Assembly (NCBI RefSeq): GCF_963921235.1
Contig: NC_086101.1
Location: 6,512,001-6,576,000 of the forward strand
DNA: 64,000 nucleotides
Direction: 5' to 3'
From: Mobula hypostoma
Taxonomy: Eukaryota
Positions 36,906 to 50,200 of this stretch are shown piece by piece (position 1 is the stretch's first letter; each line of letters starts with the position of its first letter). The translations under genes were made by a program, and so were the position numbers. The notes under the pieces were generated by a model. The model did not search any database, was not told where the DNA came from, and worked only from the letters and a program-made list of their open reading frames with translations.

Positions 36906-38054
36906 ATCCCCTGTACGTTTTCTTCCATTCACCTTAAAATTGTGCCCCCTCCTATTAGCCATTTCCACCCTGGGAAAAAGTCTCTTGCCATCCAGTTCAT
37001 CGATGCCCCTTATCATTTTGTACACCTCCACCAAGTCACATCTCATCTACGTTTGCTCCAAAGAGAAACGACCTATTCTGGAAGAAAATTAAGCTTGAGA
37101 ATTAAGGGTTAACAAAATCATGAGAATAGGGTGAGATATAGATTCTGTCTAATTGTACTAATTAGCAAAGTCCTGTTAGAAAAGAAGAACTGACAAAGCA
37201 AGGAAGTTGTGTGTAAGGAGTAACCCTTAACCCTTCAAGTCTACGTGGCTAATGGCTTGGTTTCTTCTAATTAATGGGCAACTGATTGGTAGGTGGGAAC
37301 CCTATGTGTAAGGTAAGAAAGCATCCAAAACCTTGTTGATATGGCCTAAGCAGGAACTCTTGACCCCTGAAATCTGCAGGTACTTAATGGTATAAAAGAC
37401 TAAGATTGTACTCACTTCCGCAGAATCCTAATTGGCTGTCCATGATCACGTAGTAAAGTAATTAAACGGAATATCGGATTCTGTGTCTTCGGTTATGTCT
37501 AATCGGCGATAGTAAATTTCTCTGACTCCTATCCTCATAAAACGTGGTGTCCTATTCACGTGATCTACAGGTCTCGAAAGGCAGCGACAGTACAGTGCTG
37601 AGAATGGACAGAATGTGGGCTGTGGAAAAAGTATACAAAACAAATAAACAAACGTAGCTTGGAGGACAAGGTCACAGTGTGTATTTAGGACAGTTTTGTA
37701 GAAAAATATCTTACAGAAGGAACCAAGGATGAGGCTATTTAGATCTGAGCATTTGTAACCAGAGAGGTGGGATCTCATTGCAAGAGTGATCATAAACTGA
37801 TAGATTTTTATAATCATTTTGAAAGTGAGAAAGTTAGATATGACACTTGTTTATTAAACTTTATAAATGGTAAGTACAAGGAAATGAGAGTCAGGTCTTA
37901 TATCACCACTGTATGTCATGAAATCTGTTACCTTGTAGCAGCAGTACATTGTAATACATAAGATTGATACTTATAAATTACAGTAAGTGTATATATATTT
38001 TAAAAATTAAATAAGTAGTTCAAAAAGAGAGGGAAAAATATATAAGACAGTTCA

Positions 38055-39110
38055 TCAGCACCTCACCTGTGAGTCTGTTGGGGTCTTATACCGTGTCCCG
38101 TGCTCCTGTATAAGACACAACATAGATTGGGAGACAGCTTTAGCGAGCATCTATCCTTCGGCCACCAGAAGAAGCAGGATCTCCCAGTGGCCACCCATTG
38201 AAATTCCACTTCCCATTCACATTCGGACATATCCATCCATGGCCCTTACTGTCACGATGAGGCCACGCTCAGGCTGGAGGAACAACAACTTGTGTTCTAT
38301 CTGCGTAGCCTCCAAACCGATGGCATGAACATCAATTTCTTGAACTTCTGGTAAAGTCCACACTTCCCCACCGTTCCACATCCCCTTTTCGCTCTCTCAC
38401 CTTATTTCCTTGCCTGCCCATTGCCCCGCCCCGCAGGTGCTCCTCTCCCCCTCTTTCTTTCCTCCATGGCCTCTGTCCTCTCCTCTCAGACTCCCCCTTC
38501 TCCAGCCCTGTAATTCTTTCATCAATCCACTTCCCTGCTTTTTCAACCCTCCCCCTCCCAGTTTCACCAATCACCCGGTGTTTCCCTTTCCCCTCAACCC
38601 CCCTTTTAAATCTACTCGTCTTTTTTGCCTCCAGTCCTGCTGAAGGGTGTCGGCCCGAAATGTCTTTTTTTAATTAATTTTTTTATACATTTCTACATAG
38701 AACTACAGGAAAAAAAAACAACGAAATGGAGATTTATACAGTGTGAAACAAACAAATCCAATATGTAATTCATAACAATAAGAAAAAGCACCCAAAAGAG
38801 AATTATGTAAAATTAGTATCCACCCCAACCTCCCGCTGGGAAAAAAAACCCAGACCAACTATTTCTGTATGTAAAAGAAAAAAAATAATCAGAGCATTCA
38901 ACCCCCGAGAACTGTAAATATATATAAGAAAAAAGAAAGTATAGTGTAATTCACAACAAAAAACCATACAACTTACAAAAAAAAAGCAGAAAATAAAGGA
39001 TTGTAGCATACCAAAAAAAAAAGGATAGAAAGGCCCGAAATGTCGATTGTACTTTTTTTCCATGGATGCTGCTTGGCCAGCTGAGTTCCTCCCGCATTTT
39101 GTCTGTGTGG
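38055..39110 (+). mobile_element. Penelope-like fragment (GIY-YIG end, pyrimidine tract, hammerhead) split by a retro-insertion
   Basis: RLEEQQLVFYL.SLQ.DGMNINF remnant; CTGCTGA..GGCCCGAAATGTC at 38637-38664 resumes at 39032. Confidence 0.7.
38665..39031 (-). mobile_element. Poly(A)-tailed retro-insertion (L1/Tx1-like 3'UTR) with a 13-bp TSD
   Basis: T-run at 38665, strongly T-rich minus strand; ggcccgaaatgtc duplicated at 38652-38664 and 39032-39044. Confidence 0.7.
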
Positions 39111-39686
39111 CTCGGTTAGTTCATGGGTTTATTGCCCATTCCAAAATCTGACGGCGGGCAGGAAGAGGCTGTTCCTGAAATGTTGAGTGTGTGTCTTCAG
39201 GGTCCCGTACCTCCTCCCTGATGGTAGCAATGAGAAGAGGGCGTGCCTTGGTTGATGGGGGACCTGGATGATTCTTTTTGAGGGATCGCCTGTTGAACTG
39301 GTTGCTGGGGAGGCGGGTGCCCGTGATGGAGCTGGCTGTGTTGTGAAGGTGCTCTCTCTAAATTATCTGACCCTGGCCTCTCAGATCCAAAATCCTCTTC
39401 CTGACAGTTCTCACCCCAACCCAGTCTGTATATCCTCCACGTGACCACGTGAGGTTGCTATGGGTACTCCAGTTTCCTCTCGCATCCCAAAGACACGGGT
39501 TAGGGTAAGTGTATTGTGGGCATGCTGTGTCAGCACCAGGAGCACGGCGACACGTGTGGGCTGCCCCATCGCAGTCTCTGGATTGTGTTGGTGGTTAACA
39601 CAAATCGGTGCATTTCACTGCGTGTTTCCATGTACATGTATCAAATAAAGATAATCATCGGTTTTAAATCTTTTATATTTTACTAG

Positions 39687-40034
39687 TGAAGATTCATGTC
39701 GTGGGACCAGAAGTTTCCCCTGTCGTCTCAGTGGGTGAAGATGTCATGCTGGAGTGCAGAACGGAACCAAGCGTGTCTCTGATGGGCATGGAGGTTCGGT
39801 GGTTTAAAAGTGACTTTTCAGCGCCAGTGCATTTGTACACCGCTGGCCGTGATCAGCCCACCGTACAGGACGCAGCTTACAAAGGCAGGACGGAGCTTTA
39901 CAGAGAAGAGTTTCCTCGTGGGAATGCCTCTCTCAAACTGAAGAATGTAAATGCACATGACAGTGGGGAATATAGGTGCTTCATTGACTACAAAGATGAC
40001 TACGATGAAACAAAGATCTTACTAACAGTTGGAG
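39687..40034 (+). CDS. Butyrophilin-like gene, IgV exon (348 nt, phase 1/1)
   Basis: ttttactag acceptor, gtcaga donor; VVGP..VGEDVMLEC..MEVRWF..VHLY..YKGRTELY..GNASLKLKNV..DSGEYRC, the B7/BTN V-set signature. Confidence 0.95.
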
Positions 40035-40896
40035 GTCAGACAACTTTCAAAAAGATTTAAAAAAAAATAGAAACGTATAACTAATTTGTTAGCAAACTTG
40101 GACTAACCGAAGACCAACTCCAAAACTGAAAAGTAATGGCAAATATATCATGGCTATTCTTTGATATTCAATTCACAATCTGTTTTGGTGGTTGGTTTGG
40201 GAGTGTATGTTTACCAGGATTATCTTTCCTTCTCTTCATATTAGTGCACAGTTCACCAGTGGTTTAAACCTCACCTCAATGACTTCCCGTGTCCACACCC
40301 CTCCTCACAGCATCTTCACTCCATCTGCCACAACAGGCAGGATGTCCCAGTGACCACCCATTTTAATTGCTTTTCCCACTCTTGACATGTCACTCCATGG
40401 CTGTGATGAGGCCTCTCTCAGGTTGGAGGAGTAGCACCTCATACTCTGTCTGGGTAGCCTCCCCTCTTGAATATCTCTGCCCTCCTCCTTCCCTTTTTTC
40501 TCTGTTCCCCGTTCTGGTTGCCCACTCACTCCATTTCTTCTCCTCACCTGCCCAAAATTTCCCTCTGATGCCCCTCAGCTTCCCTTTCTCCCGTGGATCA
40601 GTCCTCTCTTATCAGATTCCATCTTCAGCCCTTTATCTTTTCTGCCTAACACCTCCCAGCTTCTTAATTCACCCTCCCACAACCAGCCACCTTCCCTCTC
40701 ACCTGTCTCCTGCCACCTGCCAGTTTGTACTCTTCCTCCTCCTCCAATCTCTGGTTTCTCTTCCCTCCCGTTCCATCCCTGGTGAAGGGTCTTGGCCTGA
40801 AATGTCGACCATTCATTCACCTCCACTGATGCTGCCTCACCTGCTGAGTTCCTCCAGCATTTTTGTGTGTGCTGCTCGAGATTTCATAGAAACATA

Positions 40897-41197
40897 AAGG
40901 CATCCGTTAGTCTTGCGAGACCATGGATCTGCACCTGGAAGTCTTCACTCTCCAGGGCGCAGGCTTGGGCAAGGTTGTATGGAAGAACGGCAGTTGCCCA
41001 TGCTGCAAGTCTCCCCTCTCCACGACACCCAAGGGAAGGGCAAGGGCCGATACAGCTTGGCACCAGTGTCATCACAGAGCACTGTGTGGTTAAGTGCCTT
41101 GCTCAAGGTCACAACACGCTGCCTCGGGTGGGCCTCGAACTCACGACCTTCAGATCGCTAGTTGAATGCCTTAACCACTTGGCCATGTGCCCACACG
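40897..41197 (-). mobile_element. tRNA-derived SINE (CORE-like middle, RTE-like tail)
   Basis: A box TGGCCAAGTGG, B box GAGTTCGAGGC, gtgaccttgagcaaggcactt; TSD catagaaacata at 40885-40896 and 41198-41209. Confidence 0.8.
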
Positions 41198-43164
41198 CAT
41201 AGAAACATAGAAAACCTACAGCACAATATAGGCCCTTCAGCCCACAAAACTGTGCTGAACATGTCCCTACCTTAGCAATCACAAGGCTTACCCATAGCCC
41301 TCTATTTTTCTAAACTCCAGATACCTATCCAAAAGTCTCTTAAAAGACCCTATCGTATCCACCTCCACCACCATTGCCAGCAGCCCATTCCACGCACTCA
41401 CCACTCTCTGTGTAAAAAAAAACTTACCCTGATGTCTCCTCTGTTCCTATTCCGAAGCACCTTAAACCTGTGCCCTCTTGTGGCAACCATTTCAGCCCTG
41501 GGAAAAAGCCCCTGACTATCCACATGATCAATGCCTCTCATCATCTTATACACCTCTATCAGGTCACCTCTCATCCTCCTTCACTCCAAGGAGAAAAGGC
41601 CGAGTTCACTCAACCTATTCTCAGAAGGCATGCTTCCCAATCCAGGCAACATCCTTGTAAATCTCTTCTGCACCTTTTCTGTGGTTTCCACATCCTTCCT
41701 GTAGTGAGGTGACCATCTGCAGAATCTCTTGTTTGTACATTGAGTGCCTTTCCTTGTTCGTGAAAAGTCCAAAGTAAATTTATTATCAAAGTACAAGTAT
41801 GTCACCATGTACAGCCCCGAGATACATTTTATGCAGGTGTTCAGAGTAAATACAAAGAAACAGAACAGCAAGATGGCAACAGAATAGGAAGGAACTGGAG
41901 GTCCGTGAGCCAGTCCTTGCGATCAGAGGTGGAGAGGATCAGCAAGTTTAAATTTCTCAGTGTTATTATTTGGGAGGACTCGTCATGGGCACAGCACCCG
42001 CGAACTATTATGAAGAAAGCACAGCAGCGTTTCTTCTCCCTAGACCTGGCACGTCATCAAAAACTTCGACAAGCATCTGTAGATGTGTGGTGGAAAGAAT
42101 ACTGACTGGCTGCATCACAGCCTGGTATTGAAGCACGAATACCTTTGAATGGAAAATCCTACAAAAAGTAGTGGAGACAGTCCAGTCCATCACTGGTAAA
42201 GCCCTCCCCACCATTGAGCACATCTACACGAAATGTTGTTGCAGGAAAGCCGTATCCCCCACCAGCCGTGCTGTGCTGTTCTCTCACTGCCTCCATCAGA
42301 AAGAAGGAACTGGAGCCTCAGGACCAGCACCACCAGGTTCAGGAGCAGTGAACCATCAGTCCCTTGAACCAGAGGGTCTAACTTCACTCAACATCACTCG
42401 CCCCATCACTGAACTGTTCCCACAACCTATGGACTCGCTTCCAAGCACACTTCATCTCACGTTCTCGATCTTTATTGTTTATTTACTTTTATTATTTTGT
42501 TCTTTTTGTATTTGCACAGTTTGTTGTCCTTTGTACACTGGTTGATCACCCTGTTGGTGCGGTCTTTCATCGATTCTATTATGGGTTGGTGGGGGGGGGG
42601 GCGGTGTTTTATTGGATTTATTGAGTATGCCTGCAAGAAAATGAATCTCAGGGTTGTGTTTGGCCACACGTATGTACTTGGGTAATAAATTTACTTTGAA
42701 TCAATGAAAAAATGCACCTGTCAAAGACAGGCAAATAGCCCATGTGCCAAAAGACCACAAATTGTGCAAATGCAAAAAAAAAGAAAAAAATAAATAAACT
42801 AATAAGCAATAAGTGTGAAAAACATGAGTTGCAGTGAGTTTGTAGGTTGTGGAATCAGTTCAGTGTTGGGGTGAATTAAGTTATCCCCTCTGGTTCAAGA
42901 GCCTGATGGTTGAGGGGTAGTAACTTCCTGAACCTGGTGGTGTGGGTCCTGAGGTTCCTGTACCACCTTCCTGATGGCTGCAGCGAGCTAGGAGCATGGC
43001 CTGGACGGCAAGGCCCCATGATGATGCATCGTGCTTTCCCGCAGGAAAACTCCATGTAGACGTGGTCGGGGTGGGGAAGGTTTACCTGTGATGGCCTGGG
43101 CGATATCCACTGCCCCTCTGTAGGCTTTTCCGTTTAAGGGCTTGGATGTTTCTATTACCAGGCT

Positions 43165-43721
43165 GTGCTGCAACTCCGTCCGCTGCCCACCTGGTCTCCC
43201 GGTTACGTCGGTTGCTGTACAAATGCCACCTGATTCGACTTCAAACATCAATCATCAGCCAGCACACACTGTACGTTTTACCAATTACACTTTATAGATA
43301 TTACTAAGTCTATGAGATTAATAGAAGTTCAATACAAAAGAGGAACGGAAAAGGCGCCAGACTTATCGAAGTTCAATTTCTTCGTGCACACGTTGGAGCT
43401 TGGGACCTCTTCGGGACCACCCGAACCCTGTCGACTCGCAGCTCGGGTCCACCCGGAGCGATCAGCCTGAGCTTTCCCGCACGTCCGTCGTCCTCACGGT
43501 CTCTCCTCCAACTCCCCGCCAAAACCCCCTGGTTCCCAGCCATATGAGACAGCATATCACCCCCAGAAAGAATACCATGGACACCCATTGGTTCATTTAC
43601 TCTGTTATCTATATTATAACCCAAGCAAAGTGCTAGCTAGAGACTTTATCAGCATTTAACATAACAAAGAAGCCATTTTGATTAACATAACGCAGTAACA
43701 TCAAAGAAGAAATCCCTTACA
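43165..43721 (-). mobile_element. Possible LTR-like insertion
   Basis: CpG-rich unique block beginning TGTAAGGG on the minus strand, with a CCAAT, between LINE fragments; no TSD or recognisable PBS seen. Confidence 0.3.
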
Positions 43722-43840
43722 CCCCGATGAGGACTATCTCATGGACCTTCAGTTTTCTCATTGACCTACAGACAATAATCAGCTCTTTGGTTTTGCTGAC
43801 AGTGAAAGTTCCTGCTCTGATAATTATATTTAAATTTCAG

Positions 43841-44125
43841 GTGTGGGACAACAGCCTTGGATTGACCTGGAAGGAACCTATCATCACGGAGTTCGTCTTG
43901 TGTGTAAATCTGACGGCTGGTACCCTGTACCAACTGTGTACCGGTTGAACGGGAATGAGGAGAATGTGACGAGACAATCTGTGACGACACGAAAAGACCA
44001 GTCCAGTGGCCTTTTCGCTGTTTTCAGTCAGATTGATGTGACAAGTGATTCTGTGAACAAGTATTCCTGTATAATGAGAAACAATGTACTGAATGAAGAG
44101 AAAATGGCCCAAATCCAATTGTCAG
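43841..44125 (+). CDS. Butyrophilin-like gene, IgC exon (285 nt, phase 1/1)
   Basis: tttcag acceptor, gtgtga donor; GVGQQPWIDLEG..GVRLVCKSDGWYPVP..GLFAVFSQI..YSCIMRNNVLNEEK..IQLS. Confidence 0.93.
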
Positions 44126-44279
44126 GTGTGAGAGCAACTTTTCATAGTTTTATTTATTTATTTATATTTATATTCAAAAATCCAGTAGACAGCTAGAGAC
44201 TTTTCCTCAGGGCTGAAATGGCTAATTCAAAAGGGTGTAATTTTAGATGACTAGAGGAAAGTATTGTGATTGAGACTGC

Positions 44280-44560
44280 ACCGTATTGTAGTGGTTAGCG
44301 TGACGCTATGACAGTTGGGGTGTCAGCGTTCCCGGTTCAATTCTGGCCTCCTCTGTAAGAAGGTTTGTAGATTCTACCAGTGAAAGTCTGGGCTTCCTAC
44401 AGGTGCTCCGGTTTCCTTCTACAGTCCAAGATGTATCACTTAGTTGGTTAATCGGTCATTACAAATGGTCCTGTGTTTATACCAGGGTTAAATTGGTGAG
44501 TTCCTGGCTGGTGGTGTGGTTCAGTGGGTCAGAGAGGCCTGTTCTGCACTGTATCTTAAA
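44280..44560 (+). mobile_element. V-SINE (HE1-like) copy; relatives near 25690, 39430, 44925, 45800, 61835
   Basis: tRNA-like head gtagtggttagc..ggttcaattc and V-domain ggtgctccggtttccttctacagtccaagatg. Confidence 0.7.
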
Positions 44561-45661
44561 AGTTCAAAGTAAATTCATTATCGAAGTATATATATTATCA
44601 TATACAATCATGAGATTCATTTTATTACGGGGATTCTCAATGAATAAGATTTCTCTCAGTAAAAATGGTATATAAATATGGGGAGATGTCAGAGGTATTT
44701 TTTTTACACAGAGAATAGAATATGCTTCCATGGGTGGTGGTAGAGGCGGGCACATTATGGGCACGTAAGAAACTTTTACGTAGACATGTGGATGATAGAG
44801 AAATGGACGGATATGTGGAGAGAAGGTTAAGATTGGTTTTAGAGTTAGTTAGAGGGCCAGCAGGACATTGTGGGCCAAAGGGCCTGTGCTGTACCATAGT
44901 ATGTTCTGTGTTCTGTTTGTAGAGATACAGCATGGTAAAACGCCCTTCTGGTCCGATCAAGTGCACCCAGTTACACCCATGTGACCAATTAGCCTACTAA
45001 GCTGCATGAGTTTGGGATGTGGGAGGAAACCAGAGCACGCGGACGAAACCCACACACTCACAGGGAGAGCGTACAGACTGTGTTGGGAATTGAACCCAAG
45101 TCGCTGGTGTTTCACAATATAATTCCTGGGAATACCTTCCTGAGGGTCCCACGACCTCACCATGGACAACAAATTATCCAGGCTTGCTGTCACTGACATC
45201 ACATGAAATGTGTTGTTTTGTGGCAGGCTTAATGAATCACTATACGTTACAATAAAAATAAATAATGCAAAAGAAGAATAGTGAGGTAGTGTTTGTGGGT
45301 TTGTATGTTATGTATTTCTTTATTCTTTATAATTGTTGAACGTTGTTGTTTTTTGCTGCATGCCGCATGCTGTCCACACCACAGCAAACTCCTAATGGTG
45401 AATAAAGTTATCCTTGATGGTTTTTTGGATGCACACAAGTTTCTGGACAAACGTGATTCTTTATAGTTAAGTGCATTTACTGTCTTTTTAAAAATTTAAT
45501 TTAATTTCCCTCGAACCTGTTGGGCTGTTAGAAAGAGCTTTTAATTGGTGTTCTGGGGTCGCTTCAGATTTGGGTCTTTCAGTAAATTTGGGACCATTGG
45601 TTGCATTAGACAATGGCGGGAGTACGGCACAGACAATGATGCTTTTCATATTATTTTACAG

Positions 45662-45781
45662 ATGTATTCTTTCGCAAGACCAATGCTTGGATGGTAGCTT
45701 TCATCGTGTTTTTAATTCTTGTGATTGTTGCCATTATTTGTGAAGTGTTTCGCCACAGAGGAAAGCGTGAAAAGTTTAAAG
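45662..45781 (+). CDS. Butyrophilin-like gene, transmembrane exon (120 nt, phase 1/1)
   Basis: ttattttacag acceptor, gttggt donor; DVFFRKTNAWMVAFIVFLILVIVAIICEVFRHRGKREKFK, a hydrophobic span plus basic stop-transfer. Not present in the ORF track. Confidence 0.9.
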
Positions 45782-47277
45782 GTTGGTGCAAATGATAGCG
45801 GATGACACGGTAACCCGGCAGCGAGTGTAATGCTGTTACAGTTCACCTGTAAGATCAGGGTTCAATGCTCTCTGCTGTTTCTAAGGAGCTTGTATCTACA
45901 CCTTGTGACCACATGTGTTTCCTCTGGTTCTCTCCGACGTTCAGAAGATGTGCAGTTAGGGTTAGTGAAATGCTGTGTTGGGGGATTGGAAGCGTTGTGA
46001 TGGTTCTTACAGATTGAATTTGATGCAAAGGATGCATCAGACTCCTGTATTTCATGAGCAGTTTGAGGAGATTTGGTATGTCACCAAATACACTCGTAAA
46101 ATTCTACAGATCTACTGTGGAGAGCATTCTAACTGGCTGAAATTGGGGCTACATGTCTGATATGGGGGTGGGTTGCTACTGCACAGGATCATCAAAGTAA
46201 GCAGCAGGGAGTTATAAACTTAGCTCCATCATGAGTGTTCGCCTGTATTATTCAGGTTATCTTCAAGGAGCAATGCCTCAAGAAGGTGGCGTCCATTATT
46301 AAGGGCCCCCGGCACCCAGGACATGCCCTGATCTCATTGCTACCATCAGGAAGGAGGCACAGAAGCCTGAAAGCACACATGCAAAGATTCAGGAACAGCT
46401 TCTTCCCCTCTGCCATCCGATTCCTAAATGGACATTGAGTCCATGAATGCAACCTCACTACCTTTTTATTTCACTTTTTGTTGTTTTGTGCTAGCAGTAC
46501 ATTGCAATACATAATGATAAAAATAAACTATAAATCACAATAATATATTTAAATTAAACAAGTAGGGCAAAAAGAGAGTAAAAACTAGTGAGGTGGTATA
46601 CATACATGGATCGATTTAGAAATCTGATGATGAAGGGGAAGACATGTTGAGTGGGTGTCTTCTGTGGAAGCCTCCTGTGACGTAGTACGGTGAATGCTCT
46701 CCGCGATTTGTCTGTAGAAATTTGTGAATATCTTTGATGGCAAACAAATTCTTCTCACACTCCAAAATAAATATATCTTTAAGCTCTTTAACATGTGTAC
46801 ATCAAAATATACAGTGAAGTGCACTCTTTGCATTTTAAATGGGGTGAGAGAGAACCACAATGGGGAATGGAGAAGCAGGAGTGGAGGAGTACTGACTGGC
46901 TGTTAGCAAAATTGATGTTCATGTTTGGAGGTTACCCAGCTGGAATATGAGGTGTGGCTTCTCCAACCACCTGCAAAAAGAAATAACTGTTTGTCCTATG
47001 AATCTAGTTAATAAGCTGAAATTAGTGCATGTAATTTCCTTCTATTACTACCAATGCAATTCAGAGAATACTCTTTGAGAAATGTAAAACCCAAAAAAGA
47101 AAGGCTCTTATTTTATTTGCAATTTTCATAACTTCAGAAGGGCTCTATGTGCTCTGAAGCCTGAGAAAGCCAGAGAATTCCAGTCCCACTTATAGCAAAT
47201 GTGCCAATTGTACATCTGCAAATGTACTTAAGTGTAAGGTTATGGGTTTAGGATCAGGTATGTGCACAATGAAAAAC

Positions 47278-50200
47278 ACACTCAGTGGCCACTTTACTTC
47301 TACAAGTATGTGAAGAGCAAGAGGATAAGACGTGAGAGAATAGGACCAATCAAGTGTGACAGTGGAAAAGTGTGTACGGAACTGGAGGAGATAGCAGAGA
47401 TACTTAATGAATACTTTGCTTCATTATTCACTATGGAAAAGGTCCTTGGCGATTGTAGGGATGACTTACAGCGGACTGAAAAGCTTGAGCATAGAGACAT
47501 TAAGAAAGACTATACGCTGGAGCTTTTGGAAAGCATCAAGTTGGATAAGTCACTGGGACCGTACGAAATGTACCTCAGGCTACTGTGGAAAGCGAGGGAG
47601 GAGATTGCTGAGCCTCTGGCAATAATCTTTGCATCACCAATGGGGATGGGAGAGGTTCCAGAGGATTGGAGGGTTGCAGATGTTGTTCTTCACCAGCAAC
47701 TTTGATGTGTGTTGTTAGTTTAACTTCAGTGGTTGTTAAGCTGATCAAAAAGATCCTGAGAGGCGTAATATGATTAGGAATAGTCAGTATGGCTTTGTCA
47801 AAGGTCATGCATTAGGGTTGGGCTTTATGAGACTGACTGAAAATTCTGGGGATGTGACTAAGCACATTAATGAAGGTAGAGCAGTAGATGTAGTGTACAC
47901 GGATCTCAGCAATGCAATTGACAAGGTACCACATGCAAGACTTATTGAGAAAGTAATAGGATCCAAGGGGACCTTGCTTTGTGGATCAAGAATTGGCTTA
48001 CTCACAGAAGGCACAGAAGGTTGTAGATGGGTCATATTCTGCATGGAGGTTGGACAACAGTTGTGTGCCTCAGGGATCTGTTCTGGGACCCCTCTCCTTC
48101 ATGATTTTTATAAATTACCTGGATGAGGTGGAGGGAAGGTTAATAAATTTGCCAATGACACAAAGGTTGGGGGTGTTGTGGATAGTGTGGAGGACTGTCA
48201 GTGGTTAAAGTGGGACATTGATAGGATGCAAAACTGGGATGAGAAGTGGCAGATGGAGTTCAACCCAGATAAGTGTGAAATAGTTCATTTTGGTAGGTCA
48301 AATATGATGGCAGAATATAGTATTAATGGTAAGACTCTTGGCAGAGATCAGAGAGATCTTGGGGTCCAAGTCCACAGGGCACTCAAAGCTGCTGTGCAGG
48401 TTGACTCTGTGGTTAAGAAGGCATACGGTGTATTGGCCTTCATCAACTGTGGGATTGAGTTTAAAAGCTGAGACCAGTTCTGGTCACCTCACTACAGGAA
48501 GGATGTGGAAACTATAGAAAGGGTGCAGGGGAGATTTACAGGGATATTGCCCGGATTGGGGAGCTTGCCTTATGATGAGAGGCATTGATTGTGTGGATAG
48601 TCAGAGGCTTTTTCCCAGAGCAGAAATGGCTATCATGAGAGGGAACAGTTTTAAGGTGCTTGGAAGTAGGTACAGAGGAGATGTCAGGGTAAGTTTTTTA
48701 CGCAGAGAGTGGTGAGTGCGTGGAATGGGCTGCTGGTGATAGGGTCTTTTAAGAGTCTCCTGGATAGGTACGTGGAGCTTAGAAAAATAGAGGGCGATGG
48801 GTAACCCTAGGTAATTTCTAAAGTAAGTACATGTCGGCACAGCATTGTGGGCCGAGTGGCCTGTATTGTCCTGTCGATTTTCTATGTTCATTTGCTACAC
48901 CCATACACTTGCTCACTAATTGAATCAGCCAATCATGTGGTAGCAGCTCATTTCATAGAAGCATGCAGAGGTTCACTTGTTGTTCAAACCAAGAATTAGA
49001 ATGGGGAAGAAATATTACCTAAATGATTTTAACTGTGGAATGATTGTTGGTGCCAGACAGGGTGGTTTAATTATTTCATAAGTTGCTGATCTCAAAGAAT
49101 ATAGGACATAGAACTATTCGGCAGAGTAACAGACCATTTGTCCCACGGTGTTGTGCCAAACTAGCTAAAAAGCAAATGAAAAACACCCAGACACTAATCC
49201 CTCCTACCTACTCCATGCCCTCATCCATCCATCCTCTTAAATCCATGTACCTCTCCAAACAGCTCTTTAAGATTCTGCAGTGTATTTGCCTCTGGCACCA
49301 TACCATGTAGTGCCTTCCAGGCCTCCAGGACTCTGAGTGAAAAAGGTGCCCCTCACATCCCCTTTGAACCTCCCTCTCACCATCAATGTGTGTTGTCTGG
49401 TATTAGATATTCCATCCCTGAGAAACAGATACTCTCTGTCCACTCTATCTATGTCTCTTACAATCTTGTAAACCTCTACCGGATCTCCCCTCAGCTTCCA
49501 ACGCCCCAGAGAAAACAACCCAAGTTTATCCAGCCTCTTGTGATAGCACATGCTCTCTAAACCAGACAGCATCCTGGTAAACCTCTTCTGCACCCTCTTC
49601 AAAGCCTCAACATCCTTCCTATAGCAGGGCGATCTGAACTGTGTGCAGTACTCCAGATGTGTCCTAACCAGAGCTTTATAAATTTGCTCTTGACTTTTGA
49701 ACTCAATGCCCAGACTAACAGAAGCAAGCATTCCATAAGCCTTCTTAACCACCATATCGACCTGTGTAGCCACTTTCAAGGAGCTGAGAACTTGGATCCC
49801 AAGATCTCTCTGCTCAGCCACACTGTTAAGGATCTTGCTCTTAACGCTGTACTCTCTCCTTACATTTGCCCTACCAATGTGCAACAGCTCACATTTATCC
49901 GGGTTAAGCTCCGTCTGCCATTTCTCAGCCCATGTGTGCAACTGATCGATACTGTGTTGTATTCTTTTGCCAGTCTTCTGCACGATCCACAACTTCACCT
50001 ATCTTGGTCTCATCTGCAGATTTACTAACACACCTGCTAGCACTGACAGCAGATGTCCCGGCACAGATCCCTGTGGAATATCACTAAATACAGACCTCCA
50101 GTTCAAATAAGTCCCTTCAACTATTACCCTCTGTCATCGATGCACAGCCAGTTCTGAATCCAAACAGCCAATCTCCTAGGATTTTCATGCACAACTGTCT

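Noticed and set aside
40367..40897. Pro/Ser/Leu-rich ORFs (also 11157-11490, 20486-21001, 52506-52980)
   Set aside because: Translations of the pyrimidine-rich Penelope 3' tract.
41120..41193. tRNA-like sequence (also 52085-52152)
   Set aside because: SINE heads: no acceptor-stem closure, followed by a SINE body and flanked by TSDs.
47060..47080. Possible BTN micro-exon after ttcag
   Set aside because: In-frame TGA after four codons and no convincing donor.
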